Assembly: GCF_009914755.1 (NCBI RefSeq)
Contig: NC_060931.1
Origin: the human T2T-CHM13v2.0 reference genome, Homo sapiens
Reading direction: 5' to 3' (one strand)
DNA: 64,000 nucleotides
A model generated the notes under the pieces. The model searched no databases. It had not been told where the DNA came from and saw nothing but the letters and a program-made list of their open reading frames with translations. Positions within the stretch are counted from its first letter, which is position 1. Each line of letters begins with the position of its first letter. Below, one piece after another: positions 43,944 to 59,329 of the stretch. Made by a program: the position numbers and the translations under genes.

Positions 43944-45711
43944 TTAGAGTCCTTTATGGATGCCAAGATAATGTTGAACCTGGTCAGACTGGTTTAATGC
44001 TTCAGCACCACACACTAGCCAAGCCAGACCTCTAGAGATTTGATGGCTATAGTAGGACTGGAGATCAAACAGGGGCTGGAACTCCTAGATGAACCTATTG
44101 CCTCCAGAAACTTGAGAAACCCTTACTTACTGCAGGCGAATGGAGAAAAAACTGTGGCAAACTAGACCAGTGGCCCTATAGTAGTGGTAGCAGTAATTCT
44201 TATTAATAAAGAAATTAATTAATAAACCATAAGAATAAGAATAAATCATAAGAAAAAACTGATTTTTTTTCCACATAGAAATACTAGGCGTGTGGAGGAC
44301 AGTAGGTGAACAGTGACTGGGACTCCTAGATCAAATTTCTAAGTTTACTAAGCCCAGAGGAGGAAGAACACTCTGACACCGTGTTCTCCTTGGAAGACAT
44401 ACTGCCTTCGGTCCTTTGCCAAAGGATGGCAGAACAAGACTTGCAGGCCCAGAGACAGCCAAGTCCAGTTCAAGGAAGGGTGATGTAAGTCAGGAATGGA
44501 TACATTACATTGGATTACGTCAGGACCATTAAGGAGCCCTCTGACTTCTTCCTTTTGATGGTGTTATTCTGGGCTGAGAAGAAAAAGGAGAGGATGCCCA
44601 TCTTGTAAGTGAGGACTTAGGAAGCCAGCTGTACTACAGTTATGCCTCTTGTCTCTTGAAATTGAATCCCTGACTGATAAAATTCTAGCAGGTGCAGAGC
44701 AGTAGGTTGCCAGGTCATGGGCTGGGTTGGCTTCCAATGTGGCAAAGTGAGCCAAAAATGGGGATCTTCAGCCACTCACCCCTGGTGTTTTGCAGACTGG
44801 GATGTGAGTAAAGAAACCACTGAATATCCTGACACTGGCTACGCTTTGGGTGTTTGATATGGCCCCAGGCTGTTTCGGTTTGGGTTAACAGAGCCAACCA
44901 GTACCTTTGTGACCCCATAATCCCTTTACCAAAGACTTTGAAGGAAGAGTCTGTCATGCTTGCTCCCTGAGAAGTAAAAAATCCCAGTCCCCAGGTATGT
45001 TATTAAAAAACAAACAAAAAAAACACCTACGGATGTCCTTGTAGTTCTACCTGGCAGTGCCTCCAGTTCACTTGCAAAATACAATTACAAGATGAATTGT
45101 GACAAGAGTTAAACAACTCACACAAAGAGAAGCTACAAATAGCAAGAGTCTCTGAATTACATGGCAAATACTGGGAGCTCCCAGAGGGAGCTCTCAAAAG
45201 ACCTACAAGGGGAAAGAACAGCAGAACAAAATTGACCAATTTGACAAAATTGACAAAATTCACCTAACCCAACCCCTGCCAAAGAAATCCTGTCATTTTA
45301 TTCCCTTACCTAGGATCAGTCTTGACCATGAACACTCATAATCCATTATTACAGAGATTACACTCCTGATTCTCTAGGCCTCTCAGACACTTTCCAACAG
45401 CTGATCCTAATCTGTTAAGAAAACCAGTTCTCAACTGTAGTATTATTTTGGCCTTCATACCTGATTCAGTTTACCCCCTACCGAAGACAGACGAGCCTTC
45501 AGGCCTTCATGTATGGTCCCCCTCCCTGCAAAGAATGCTCTTCCTTCTAGCTGTTCCTCTGGCCAACAAGCCACATGATACTTCCTTTTCCTCAGGGAAG
45601 ATTTCCCTAATCCCCGTAACCAGGTTACAAACTCCATTAAATATTCCCTCAAAACCTCACACTCCTCCTGCTTAGCACTTACCATACTGTAATTAAATAA
45701 TTATTTGAGTA

Positions 45712-46059
45712 CAATCAAGAGCCACGTAAAGACATTTTGGCCAGTGATGGACCTCATATATGGCAATGGTCCCCTAAGATGATAATACCATATTTTTACG
45801 GTACCTTTTCTACATTCAGGTATCTTTAGATACACAAACATTTACCATTATGTTACCATTGCCTCTGGTATTCAGTGCAGTAATATTCTGTGCAGGTTTT
45901 AGCTTAGGAGCAACAAGGCTGGACTGCACAGCCTAGGTGTCTCCTAGGCTGCACCATCTAAGTTTGTAAGTGCCGTACACTCTGATGTTCACAAAATGAC
46001 AAAATTGCTAATGACACATTTCTCAGAATACATCCCCATTGTTAAGCAATGCATGGCTG
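45712..46059 (+). mobile_element. Tigger3a (MER7-type) MITE inserted in an L2 relic
   Basis: tggtcccctaagat...ataccatatttttacggtaccttttcta...catttctcagaatacatccccattgttaagcaatgcatggctg. Confidence 0.85.
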
Positions 46060-47279
46060 TGATTACTTGTTCAATCTCTAAATCTCTCAAAAGACCAGAA
46101 GCTTCATAAAGCACTGACTGTGTTTGCCTTGTTCAGTGCTACTGTTTTCCCAGTGCTGAGCGCATAATAGGTGCTGAATAATATCTACTTAATGATAGTA
46201 GAACACCTAAAAATTGAAATCAATGTAAAGTTATCCTAAGGTACTTTTACTTACTAAAACTAATTAAAACTATTATTATTACTCACTTATTAAAACTATG
46301 CAAACTTAACCTCAACTACAACTTTTTAAGATAACTATGGCTTAAAATGTTTAACAGATAAACCTTTAATTTTTCATTCTGCTCTAGTTTATGAAACATT
46401 GAACAAAAAAAAGGTGAGAAGTTCAAATTAGTATTTACCTAAAATAAAACGAATCATTTTGTAAACTGGGTCTGTAATTTAAAATGGTAACTAAGTAGTT
46501 CTATAGTGACCATGGCTTCAGTTAAATAATATCCAATCAAGGCAAGATATGAGTATTAAACATTCATGAGCTGCTCAGAATATTATGAATTAATCAGCAC
46601 TTCCTCATTTAAATGTTTAATATTTAATGCTAGTGCTTCTACAGTCTCTTGGAATTATTACACTTTACTATGTCTCTTACAACTGAATAACAATAGAGTT
46701 GCTATATACTTTCTTAGAATTCTGGTTATGGAATCCACAGTGATCTGTATGTTGGAGGAGAACGTGATTGTAATGCATTAAGCTTTTGATGAAATTCTTG
46801 ACACATTTGTCTCAGATGCAAAAAGATAATAAAAAACACTCATGATAAGCAGAAGTAAGCGCTTTTGCAATGTGATTGCCTTTCATCCATGATGAATTAT
46901 TTGTAGAAGCTTACTAAAAATCTGGTTTTCATGAACTCCCCTAGACAAATGTAAGTGGTATGCTAAAGGCATTTTAGGCAGTATAAAGTATTAGTGTCAG
47001 AATGTTAGTCTAGTAAATCTTCTAAACACTAGCTGTGGAAATAATAGGATAATATCCCCCCAAATGAATTCACCCATTCCGAGTCCTCTCAGCCATCTTA
47101 AAACTAATGTTGGCATTTAAAAACTAAACAACAGTCATAATGCTTTATTCTTACATATATCTCATCATTCAAAAGTCTCAAGGAAATCAACTGTGACTCA
47201 TTATACCTTACAACATATTCAGTTCTTTTAACCCTAGCAGGGAAGTACTTTTGTGCACCAGATACAAAACAGTGGTGAC

Positions 47280-47708
47280 TGTAACAGGTTGAATCATGGT
47301 TCCCTTCAAAGTAATCATTTGCTTAAGTCCTAATCCTCAATACTCAGAATGTGATGTTATTTGGAGATAGGGTCTTTACAGAGGTAAACACGTTAAAGTG
47401 AGATCATTAGGGTGGATCCTAATTCAATAAGACTGATATCCCCACAAAAAGACAAATGTTAGATCTAATGACAGACATGCATAAAAGGAATGCAATATGA
47501 AGAAACATATGGAAAAGATAGCCATCTACAAGCCAAGGAAAAAGGCCTGGAATAGATCATTCTCTCATTTATTGTCTCACAGCTCTAGAAGAAATCTGCC
47601 TGGGGATTTCAGACTTCTATCCTCTAGAGCTGTGAGACAATAAATTTCTGTTATTTAAGCCACCCAGTTTGTAGTACTTTGTTACAGCAGTCCCAGCAAG
47701 TAAATACA
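47280..47708 (+). mobile_element. MaLR solo LTR (MLT1B-like)
   Basis: TG...CA ends, gtgagacaataaatttctgtt; 5-bp TSD gtgac/gtaac. Confidence 0.9.
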
Positions 47709-48389
47709 GTAACATAGTAAAATGTTGTGTGTTACAACAGAAATATTCCATTCATAAAATATAAAAATTATATTTCCCAGTGCAGCTGCAATCTGACTCT
47801 AGTGCATATGTAAATGAGAAATTATCATATATTAAATATTACCCCTTACAATGTCAATCATGCTTAGGAGAATTATAGTTGCAATGGCATTTGTTCCTCT
47901 GAAATTTCTAACTTTTTCACATTGATATGGATTTTTAGCATGAAATGATCTTTTTCCTTTTTTAAAATAAGCTAATTTCTGTCTACACAGATAGCAAAAC
48001 TACAACAAAGAAAAAGGTATAAAAAATAATCATTTTCATCAGATGAATAACATTACTTTTGTTTCAGTAATGAAAATTCAGAACAGATACACAAAGGCAT
48101 AAACAAGCATATTTACAAGTATATTGATGTTTAACACTGTTAGTGTCTATAACCATTATAATCATTAATGCAATAAGAATATTCAATACAACATGTGAAA
48201 CATTTTTAAACATTTAATACCTACTTGTATTTTGTTTAGATGCCTTGTACTACATTTTCATAACTAGAATCACATTCTAGGTGCTGGTGAACACACACAT
48301 GCACACACACACATATACTTACTTCATTATATAATCAGTATACTTAAGTATGTCTATTTTTTTAATTTCCTTCATCCTATCTCAATTCA

Positions 48390-48746
<357 letters not shown>

Positions 48747-48750
48747 TCAA

Positions 48751-49062
48751 GCCACGCAACATGGTTGATGTCTGTAATCCTGGCATTTTGGGAGGCCTGG
48801 GTGGGCAGATCACTTAAGCCCAGGAATTTGAGACCAGCCTGGGCAATGTGGTGAAATCTCATCTCTACTAAAAATACAAAAAATTAGCCAGGCGTGGTGG
48901 TGCATGCCTGTAGTCCCAGCTACTCAGGAGGCTAAGGTAGGAGGATCAATTGAGCCTGGGCAGACAATACTGCAATGAGCCTCGGCCCTTGATTGCACCA
49001 CTGTACTCCAGCCTGGGTGATGGAATGAGACATTGTCTCCAAAAAAAAAAAAAAACAAAAAA
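48751..49062 (+). mobile_element. AluJb-like
   Basis: agcccagga, cctgggcaa, ggaggatcaattgagcctggg. Confidence 0.9.
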
Positions 49063-49065
49063 CCC

Positions 49066-49150
49066 GTATACTTATATATGGGTATATATATACACACATA
49101 CATGCACACACACACGCACACATATATATATGTGTATACACACACACATT
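49066..49150. repeat. (TA)n/(CA)n mixed simple repeat
   Basis: Direct read. Confidence 0.85.
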
Positions 49151-49307
49151 GCATTTTTAGTTAGTTTAAAAAGTTTTAATTCTCAAAAACTTATGTGTCA
49201 AAAATCTAGAATGGAGAGTATTATTTACAATAACAAATCTCTACTGAAAGAAAAGTAATTTCCCCAAGATCATATCAAATTCAAAAGCCAAATCTGGAAA
49301 AGCCTGT

Positions 49308-49693
49308 TGCTATGGACTAAATGTTTGTGCCTCCACCACCAAATTTATATGTTAAAATCCTAGTCCCCATCCAAATTTGGATTAAAACTTTGAACTTAAA
49401 AAAAAAAACAATCTTAATCCCCAACATGATGGTATTTAGAGGTGGGGACTTTGGGAGGTAATTAGGTCGTAAACGAGGAGCCCTCACGAACGCGATTAGT
49501 GCTCTTAGAGGAAGAGACACAAGACAGCTTCCTTTTTCTCTCTCTCTTCCCCGCCCCCCAACCCCTGTCAACAGACACCAGAGCTGCCAGCACCTTGATC
49601 TTGGACTTCCCAGTCTCCAGAACTGTGAGAAATAAATTTTTGTCTAAGCCAGCTAATCTACAGTAATTTATTACAGCAGCAGGAACTAAGACG
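49308..49693 (+). mobile_element. MaLR solo LTR (MST/MLT1A-like)
   Basis: tgctatggactaaatg start, aactaagac end, exact 5-bp TSD cctgt (49303-49307 and 49694-49698). Confidence 0.92.
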
Positions 49694-49970
49694 CCTGTTC
49701 AAATGTGAGGAAAAGAGATAATGATATCCTATATTACAACCCTTCCTTTCATAATTGGTAGAAAATTAACCGGTATGGTTTCTCAAGAATGTAAACTCAA
49801 AAAGAACAGTTTCCTTCCTACTCTACACCTCTCACATACTCTATACTCAGCACTGAATTACAAGATCCATAGTTAGTGCCTAGAAGTTCAGTGAACTGAA
49901 TTTATATTTCTGTGTCAAAATGCCAAAGAAAGCAATTTACATCAAGCTTATAGCACATAAGAAACCATGT

Positions 49971-50322
49971 TGTCTGTTTAGTTTTGTCAGGTTGCCATAA
50001 TAAAATGCCACAAACAGGACAACTTACAAACAATATAAATTTCTTTTTCACAGTTCTGGAGGCTGGGAAGTTCTAGAGTTTTGGTGCCTGGTGAAAGCCT
50101 GTTTCCTGGTTTATAGATGGGGCCTTCTCACTGTGTCCTAACATGATGGAAGGGCTAGTAGCTTTCTGGGCTATCTTTTATAAGGGCACTAATCCTTTCA
50201 CGAAGGTTCCGCCCTCATGACCTAATCATGGCTCAAAGGCCCTACTTCCTAATACCATCACTTTGGGGATCAGGAATTTAACATATGAATTTGGGGAGGA
50301 CATAAACATTCACACCACAGCA
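49971..50322 (-). mobile_element. MaLR solo LTR (MLT1A-like)
   Basis: cacagttctggaggctgggaagt...ttttataagggcactaatcc...gccctcatgacctaatca. Confidence 0.9.
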
Positions 50323-50944
50323 TAGTTTCTACAGACATAGTCACATTTATAATAATTAACACATTATAATTTAATGAGATTTTACTATATTCTAAAATAA
50401 AATTTCAAGAAATGTATAAACATAAAACTACTAAATTGATTCATGATACACTAAGATTATGAAAAAAAAATCAGCAATATGCATTTAGTTATCCAAAAAG
50501 GCATATAAAACACTAAACCCAGATATGTTTATTTAAAGTGGTTCCTCAGCATGTGCCCATATTTATGCAAATATATAAACTTAAGATAAATACCAAACAC
50601 TTCAAGCATCAAATATTACTAAGTGATTTTTAACATCATTTTATCTAGTTATCTACATGTATTTCCTAGTGCCTTCTACCAGAAGAAAATTCTAAATCTT
50701 TTAGATTTAATTTCATTTTTTACTGAAAGACATTTTATAAACAATTTTGACTTTTAAGGAACAGTTGTGATGAAGACATTTCCTTTCCAATGTTGGATAA
50801 CACCATGATCTATTCCCCTTTCCTTGTTAAAGATACTACTGAAACATTACTGAAAATAAAATTTGTATAAATAAGATTGAAATGTTGTTCAGCAAAAAAG
50901 AAAGTCCAGTGCTCTGTCTCCATGATTGCAGCTGTTTTTTGACA

Positions 50945-51150
50945 TTGTTGTTGTTGTTGTTTGAGACAGAGTCTCGCTCTGTCGCCCAGGCTGGAGTGCA
51001 GTGGCATGATTATCGGCTCACTGCAACCTCCGCCTCCCTGGTTCAAGCGATTCCCCTACCTCAGCCTCCTGAGTAGCTGGGATTACAGGCACCTGCCACC
51101 ACGCCCAGCTAATTTTTTGTATTTTTAGTAGAGATGGGGTTTCACCATGT
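50945..51150 (-). mobile_element. 5'-truncated AluS with (TTG)n tail
   Basis: Right arm plus linker, ends at caccatgtt. Confidence 0.92.
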
Positions 51151-51593
51151 TTTTTAAATGAGTGGGTCCCCCAGTCCTCTCCAATCTACCAGCAATCAGA
51201 TCCACTAGAAATCTGACACCACTTGCACCAACTGCTTTATCAGTTTTCCAACTGCTAATAGTCGAGTACATTTACAATCTATAAACAAATCACATATATA
51301 TCAAGATACTGTCTTTGAATTATATCAAAACAAAATAGATAGGAAGGAACAATATTCTAGAGATACGATATTTTGGAAGGGAAATAAATGTTACTTTAAT
51401 TTAAATCCTATGATTGTCTTATCATTATGGAATGACTACTTTGGATATTGCACATACCACCAAATCACAGTCCTAACCAGGCACACTTGACTGGGTGGGA
51501 GGAATGTTCATCTCTACTTTTTTCTACAGAATCCTGCTTTAAGAAGACCTTCCTTTCACCCTAGTTTGCCACCCCTCAGTGCAGCTGAGTTAG

Positions 51594-52031
<438 letters not shown>

Positions 52032-53611
52032 TGATGAACTGATATTCAGATATTCAGTTATCAGTTCTTATTTTGGGTACTCAAACATCTTTTCATTGTC
52101 AAGTCAGTTCTCAATAAAATAATTTAGGTTGGGTGCCATTGGTATTTATTGCTTTTTAGAGCTTATTTAACCAGTAGTTTTGCTGTCATTCCATTTTGTT
52201 TTGATTTTCTTAATTATTTGGTGAACTGTAAGGCAGGAAATGGGTGAGTCCAAGGATCAGTGAGAACCTTCAGTCTGATTCTTTGGGTCACCCTTCAGTC
52301 TACCAAGTCAGGAAATGGGAAAATGATAGAATGTTAGCTACATACAACTCCCTGTGATTCCTGACATTGCAGATATACTGTGCAATATTACTTTTTAAAT
52401 AACTTTACTTAAATTTATTCTAATATGCTATATTTTAGGTATTTACTTATGAGCTAACAACTTTCATTTCCAGTTTCAAACTAAAATGTTTATGTCTCCT
52501 GATGCATTTTTATAAACCTTGCTTTAAACCTTAAACACACACACACACATACATACATACTCTCACTCTTTCTCTCTCTCTCTCTCTCTGGATATAAACT
52601 TGACACTAAAAGAAAATCTCTGGGGTATTGAAATGTGTCACTGCAAATGATCTTAAATGTATAAATCTGTATGAAGTAAATGGAGACATGAAGAAGTAAT
52701 ATCTTTCCCATGTAAAGCATTATGGAGGTGCACACTCAAAAAACCTTACAAAGTAGCTGTTTATATTCAAAAGGTCGGGAAATTGCATTTAAAATCATTA
52801 TATTGTTTAAGCATAAGGATGCTGAACAATACATCTCTCAAAACACTCACAGAGGATGAAAAAATATTTTGAAAAAATGTCTTTTGCTTTTCGTTTTTAA
52901 TTCCATCTTTACTAACCGGGAAAACGGTATTTTAACATGGAAATAGTCTCTGGCCTCATTAAAAGGTGTTCCCCTCTCTCCTCGCTATGCACTCATTAGA
53001 TGCTATACTCCTCTATAATCTCATAGCCACTACTGCATTCACCTCCCAATGTGCCTTATGATGGTGACTAGCCACCAACGTCTGGTTTCTACCGTTCTCT
53101 TCCTCATCCCACGCGCTGATTCAAGCTCCAAGATTCCTGCTCACTTCAAAGAGATATTTGCTCCAAGATCAGCACCACAGGGGAAAAATCAGGGCAAGAA
53201 AAGTCTTCCCATGGAAGACAAGCCCTTGAAAGTATCCTCAACTCATATTTATTGCAAACAGTTGATTGAAAAAGTTAAAATACTGCCCTACTTGAAACTC
53301 ACAATAACAAGTGGAAGGGTTATTGTTTTATCATTTGGTTTCGGATCCACATTCATAGCGTATTGCACTCTCTGCCACAGACCATCAAGAAGACTCAAGA
53401 CAACTCAGATAACGTGATTCAATCACTTGTAACATTCAGTTTTCTTTGTAGCTTCATTGAAAGCAGTTCTAATGTGCTCTTGACAAATCACATTTTGGCA
53501 GTGCTGATATTTTTAAGGCACTGGTAGGGGGACATACACACACACAGAATTTTATATAAAGAATATTAAATATGCCAATCTAAATACCAAATGAGAGTGT
53601 AATCTCAACTA

Positions 53612-54343
<732 letters not shown>

Positions 54344-57300
54344 CTAAGTACAGTTGCCAAGTATGCTATCGTGATAGGCACCTAACCAAACACTTAGGAA
54401 GAGAATGGCATGAGTTTGTGAGGGTGTGTGTGTGTGTAAATGAGGATGTATGTGTAAGCATGTGTGTGTGTGTGCACACACATGCATAAGTTATTTACTC
54501 CCATTTTCCTTTATTGGGAAAAAGACTTCAATTCATCCTTTCTGGACATTCACTGACAATCATTTCCCAATTGCAGGCCATCTGAATTAAAGTCTTAGCA
54601 ATGCTGGTACAGAACAAAATACACACAAGATATTAGAATTACCAAATACCCTTGAGACCAAGTTCTGGCATGGAATCTATAAGAAGTATATTTAGCATAA
54701 AATTAATATGTCAGAAAGAGATATTATAATTAGGTTATCAAAGTGCTTAAATTTGGATAGGCAAGAACTGATTTTTGTATTCTGATAAGCCAACACAAAA
54801 ATCATGAGTTATTAATCTAGATACAGACTAAACTTCTGTATTTCAAAGCACAATGACAGAAGTAAAAGTTTCCATTTATCCTTTGTGCTAATTTTTAAAA
54901 AACAGTAATTTTTAAAGCCTCAGAAAATACAATTAGCAAGACTTTAAAAGATAAAATAAAAGCCTTTTTAGCTAAAGAGAAAGCCAACGGCCATCCTTGG
55001 CTTTAAAACTGGTTTTAGCTAATGCCAGATCATTTGTTCATTAAAAGCAGAAAAGGATACCAGCCAATGGCTTAGGTCTGGTGTTCAGATCTCAAAGGCA
55101 GATCCAACAGAAATGAACTACTTATATTTTTCAAATAGCATATTATTTACCTCAACCTTAAACGAAAATCATAAGTTAAGAAGCCAGGGATCCAGTCTTA
55201 TCTATGCCTATCTATGAGACCTTGAGTGATAATCTGCTTTTCTGGACCCCAATTTAATAAACTGAAACCCACTCAATGACATACAAAATGTTTCTCAGCT
55301 CAAAATCTCTTATGACCCTATGGCATTCCTATGAGATGTTTTAATATATTTCCATGAACAGTAACTAAATTCCTTCCTCTAGAAATTAAAATGAGTAAAA
55401 ATAAAATCTTGTCCTAGTAGACCTTCAGGTAATTTTCTCCAGCAGCACAGAAATGGTTATGACTTGGTAATTCCTTGTGATTCTACACCATCCATATTAA
55501 TCCTATCAATGACATTCAGTGTGTATTTTCAATACCAGGACTTACAACCTTCTCCAGTTCTAGAAAATCATCTGCTAGTATCCCTCTGATTATTGTATTT
55601 GGCTTCTTTGCTGCACCCTGAAACTCCTATTAGATGTAGGATAGTGTTGTTGTTTTACTTTCCTGGCTCAGGTTTCTGACAGTGAGTTGGGCACTGTAAG
55701 GCCCCGATCTACATGTAAAACACTTTGGCTTCTGTTTCTCTCCACGAACCCAGACAAGAAACTCCATGTGAAACAGCAAGTCTGATGGGCAGAGATTTTC
55801 TGGTAATTATGCAGGGACAGGAAAAGCCCATCCCAGCTTCAGACCTTGTCCTGAGAGCTCAGATCCATCTTTCTTTTGAGGTTAGGGGTCCTGAAGCCTT
55901 GATTCAGACATTAAAACTCTCAGCTCCTAAGGTATGTATCAGATCGGGATAGCCTTGTGGGCCACTGCAGCTTCCATTCTTTCTAACCACTATGTCTTTG
56001 GGTTCATCCTCTTTCCTGGCATCTAAAGATTTCCTGTAATTTTTTTGTAGCTCAACTATGCACTTTTTAGAAAATTTCTGTCGTATTTTACCCAGCATCT
56101 CATGTGTGTTCCATGGTATCAGGGTTTTCCCACGTTAGTTCCCCTCCTAGCTACTGCTTTATCTACATTGCTCATAGACCATAAAGTGCTACATCCCAGA
56201 TGGTCACTAGGGCACATTCAAAGGTTCAGTTGCAAGGTGAGCTCTACTCACTATGCTGATGGTAGTCAAGAGAGTCTCTCTTCTTTCTAGAAAAGCTGTT
56301 ACCTGAAATGAATAGCTTTCCTGAAAGATGTGCAAACACAGTAAAACTGATTTTAGTGTTAAGTGTTCAATAAAGAAACAAAGTAACAACACTGCTGAAG
56401 TAATCTCCTGTAAAGAAAAGACCAGGATAAACCCAAACAAAATTTTAGAAACAGACACGAAATGAGAGTTCTAATCAGCACAACAGAAAAGTATATCCTT
56501 ACAGCATGACTTCTGGATATAATACAAAAAAATCTTATGAGAAAATCTCTCCTTTGGGCTAGTTTTCAAAACTTTTTAATTAGGAATCATACTGACACAC
56601 TATAATCTTTGGCTAGAAGCCTAGTTTAAAAGGAGAAGATGTAAAAGTGTATAAGACTGAAAAATCGTGTTTACATCTTCTCCCAAAAGGGGTTATTAGC
56701 AAGGATTTAAGAAGGCTTGGAAGTGCTGAAATTTCAATGTAGACTTGAAAAGGAGGTGGATATGCTAAGGATGAAGCTGTAGATGGCAAGCAGTGTAGTC
56801 CTGGACCAAAAATAAAGAATGGAATCACTGGAATGTTAAAAGAGAACTGTCCTGGCAACTTTACAAGTTGTGCTTAGAAATGACTGTCAAAGAGGTCCAT
56901 GAAAAAGAAAAAAGCAAGCAGGGGATGAATGGATATTTTTGGTGTCTTGGGATTCCTTAAGCCAAAGAGAAGATTAACACTTCATATATGGAACTGGAAG
57001 CACAGACACAGGTAACAGGAGACTAAGAATTTTACCCTAACACAGAAAAGAAAACTGGCAGTGTGCAGGGAAGGAGAAATGGCTCATGCTGCACAGATGA
57101 AATTGGAGGGACACCGGGGTGTTTGCCTTGGCTTCATCAAGCCATTCTCATTGGAAATATTAATGGAACTCATTTCCCTTGAGTTGAAAAAAGCAGAGAG
57201 TGCTACACTAACATCTGTCTCAAGTGAAAAAAGACGACTTTTTCAACTTGTCTCAGCACTCCAGAAGAAAATAAATGAAGGAAAACGAATTATTCTTTTT

Positions 57301-57429
57301 ATATACAGTTTGCTGAATGAAAATGAGTGGTGTTGCAATAATTAGCTCGGGGATGCAAAACAGAAAAATAAGAGCCCTGAACTGTAATAAAAAGTTATCT
57401 AATTCTAAGGGAGTTGACTCAGTCATAAC

Positions 57430-57590
57430 AACAGTCCTTTAACATGTGCATAACACTTCATAAAACACTGCCACATGTCTAATTTCACCTTCGTGGCAAT
57501 CTCGTATTATAGAGAAACCAGAGGTGACTGGTTTGCCCTTTTGTGAATCGAGGCACAGGGAGGTGAAGTTACTTCTCCTGGTCACACGCA
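57430..57590 (-). mobile_element. MIR
   Basis: gaatcgaggcacagggaggtgaagttacttctcctggtcacac. Confidence 0.55.
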
Positions 57591-57974
57591 CATGCTCATA
57601 AATGCACACACATGCTCACACGTGCTCACTCACAGTCAACAGCAGGACCTGGTGATGCCTGCTCATCCCCCCTTGTGGCCCAAGCCCTCTGCACTCCCCT
57701 ATCTTTCAATGTACCTGTATTCATTTTACATGTGTTGGAATACTTTCACATAAGGCTTTTTAGATTTCAGAGTCATTCCTGGATTGTTGGCTAAGTGATG
57801 CTCGCCCATCTGTGGAGCAGAGAGGAAACACACTAAATCTGCAAAAAAATCCTCATGAAGGCAAAGCATGTACCTTAATAGCAGATTTACAAAAGCATTA
57901 GTAATAGTCTGAAGGATAATAACATATTACCCAGTTGTCTCACAAGCACTGGAAACACTAGAACAGCACACACC

Positions 57975-58200
57975 AGAGGTAATGTGCAGCTTCAGACTCA
58001 GACCCCTTCAGGCTCCCTTTGGCAGACCCCACCTCTCTCAAATGTAGCTCTCTTTACACTACCTGCACCTCAGCCCTGAGCTATACAATGGGCAGAATAG
58101 TATCTACCTCACTGTGTTCATACAAGGATTAACTAAAGCAGGATGGTGCACATGAAGTACCCAGAAGTGCCTACATGGATTAAGTACTTAATGAATAATC
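57975..58200 (+). mobile_element. MIR
   Basis: ctatacaatgggcagaatagtatctacctca...aaggattaa. Confidence 0.6.
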
Positions 58201-58981
58201 CCCTCCCCTGAGAATAAATTGCCCTTTCCTGGCAACATATGGAGTGCATTCATTCTTCTGTCACAAAAAAGACCCAGTGACAGCCATCGTTCTGAAACTC
58301 AATCTCATGTAAGTTTGGCACATGGGTTCCTATGTAAGGAAAACTAGTAAGATCCATGGGCTAATATTCCTGAAACAGGAGTTAAGGTCTGATTTGTGAC
58401 AGATTTCCTTCAAGTCTGAAGAGAGTCCATGTGTACTGTGGTGTGCTTCTGACCCAATATGAAGCAGCTTCATAGGTAGTTTTCTACGACTCACTGTCCT
58501 CTTAGCCACTCAATCATCTCCCACTCCCACCAAAGAACATGTAGGGGAAAATCTCTGTCATGAGGCTCTCAGTGTGTTTCTCATTTCAGTGAATATCTAT
58601 GTGTGTGTGTGTAGGAGTGTATGGGTGTACTTTTTGTCAGATCTTACATTTGAACAAGGGAAGGAGAGGGTAGAAACAGTACCTGTCATCAGCCACACAC
58701 AAGTGACTCACTCTGCAATGGCTCTCAGAAATAATCTTACTGAATTGAGATTAAAGTATTTTAGCTTCTTCATTGCAAAACTAAAATCTGCAAGAAAAAA
58801 AAAATCAGAAACATTAGACTTTATATCTTAGAAACAGCCAGAGCCCTAGGGATCATCTAGGCCAACAAAGTGAGGTCTGAGGCTATTTCCTTTTCCACTT
58901 TACAGACAGAAAAATAGATTTGAAGATGGAGATTTGTTCAGTAACACAAACCTCCAAACACCCAGTCCAATAATTTTTTCC

Positions 58982-59258
58982 TTTGTTTTTTGAGACAGTC
59001 TCACTCGAGTTCAGTTGCATGATCTCGTTTCACTGGAACCTCTGCCTTCCAGGTTCAAGGCGATTCTCCTGCCTCAGCCTCCTGAGTAGTTGGGATTACA
59101 GGCACCTGCCATCACACCTGGCTAATTTTCGTATTTTTAGTAGAGACGGGGCTTTGCCATGTTGGCCAGGCTGGTCTCGAATTCCTGACCTCAAGGGATC
59201 TTCCTGCCTCAGCCTCCCAAAGTGCTGAGATTACAGGCTCGAGCCATCATGCCTGGCT
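58982..59258 (-). mobile_element. AluS with small 3' deletion
   Basis: gagacagtctcactcgagttcagt lacks tgtcgcccaggctg. Confidence 0.92.
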
Positions 59259-59329
59259 GATTTCTTCATAATCATACACTGCTCCTTTCCCTCCTGCATC
59301 AGTTAATGAATTCGCATGGATTTCCTCTT

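Noticed and set aside
43950-45420. Possible ancient LTR-like sequence
   Set aside because: The composition is suggestive but I could not match a family or find ends or a TSD by eye; needs Dfam/RepeatMasker
53049-53417. 122-aa ORF in unique sequence, and the other 60-130 aa ORFs in the track
   Set aside because: No recognisable domain or convincing splice context; most others are Alu, L1 or microsatellite read-throughs of chance length
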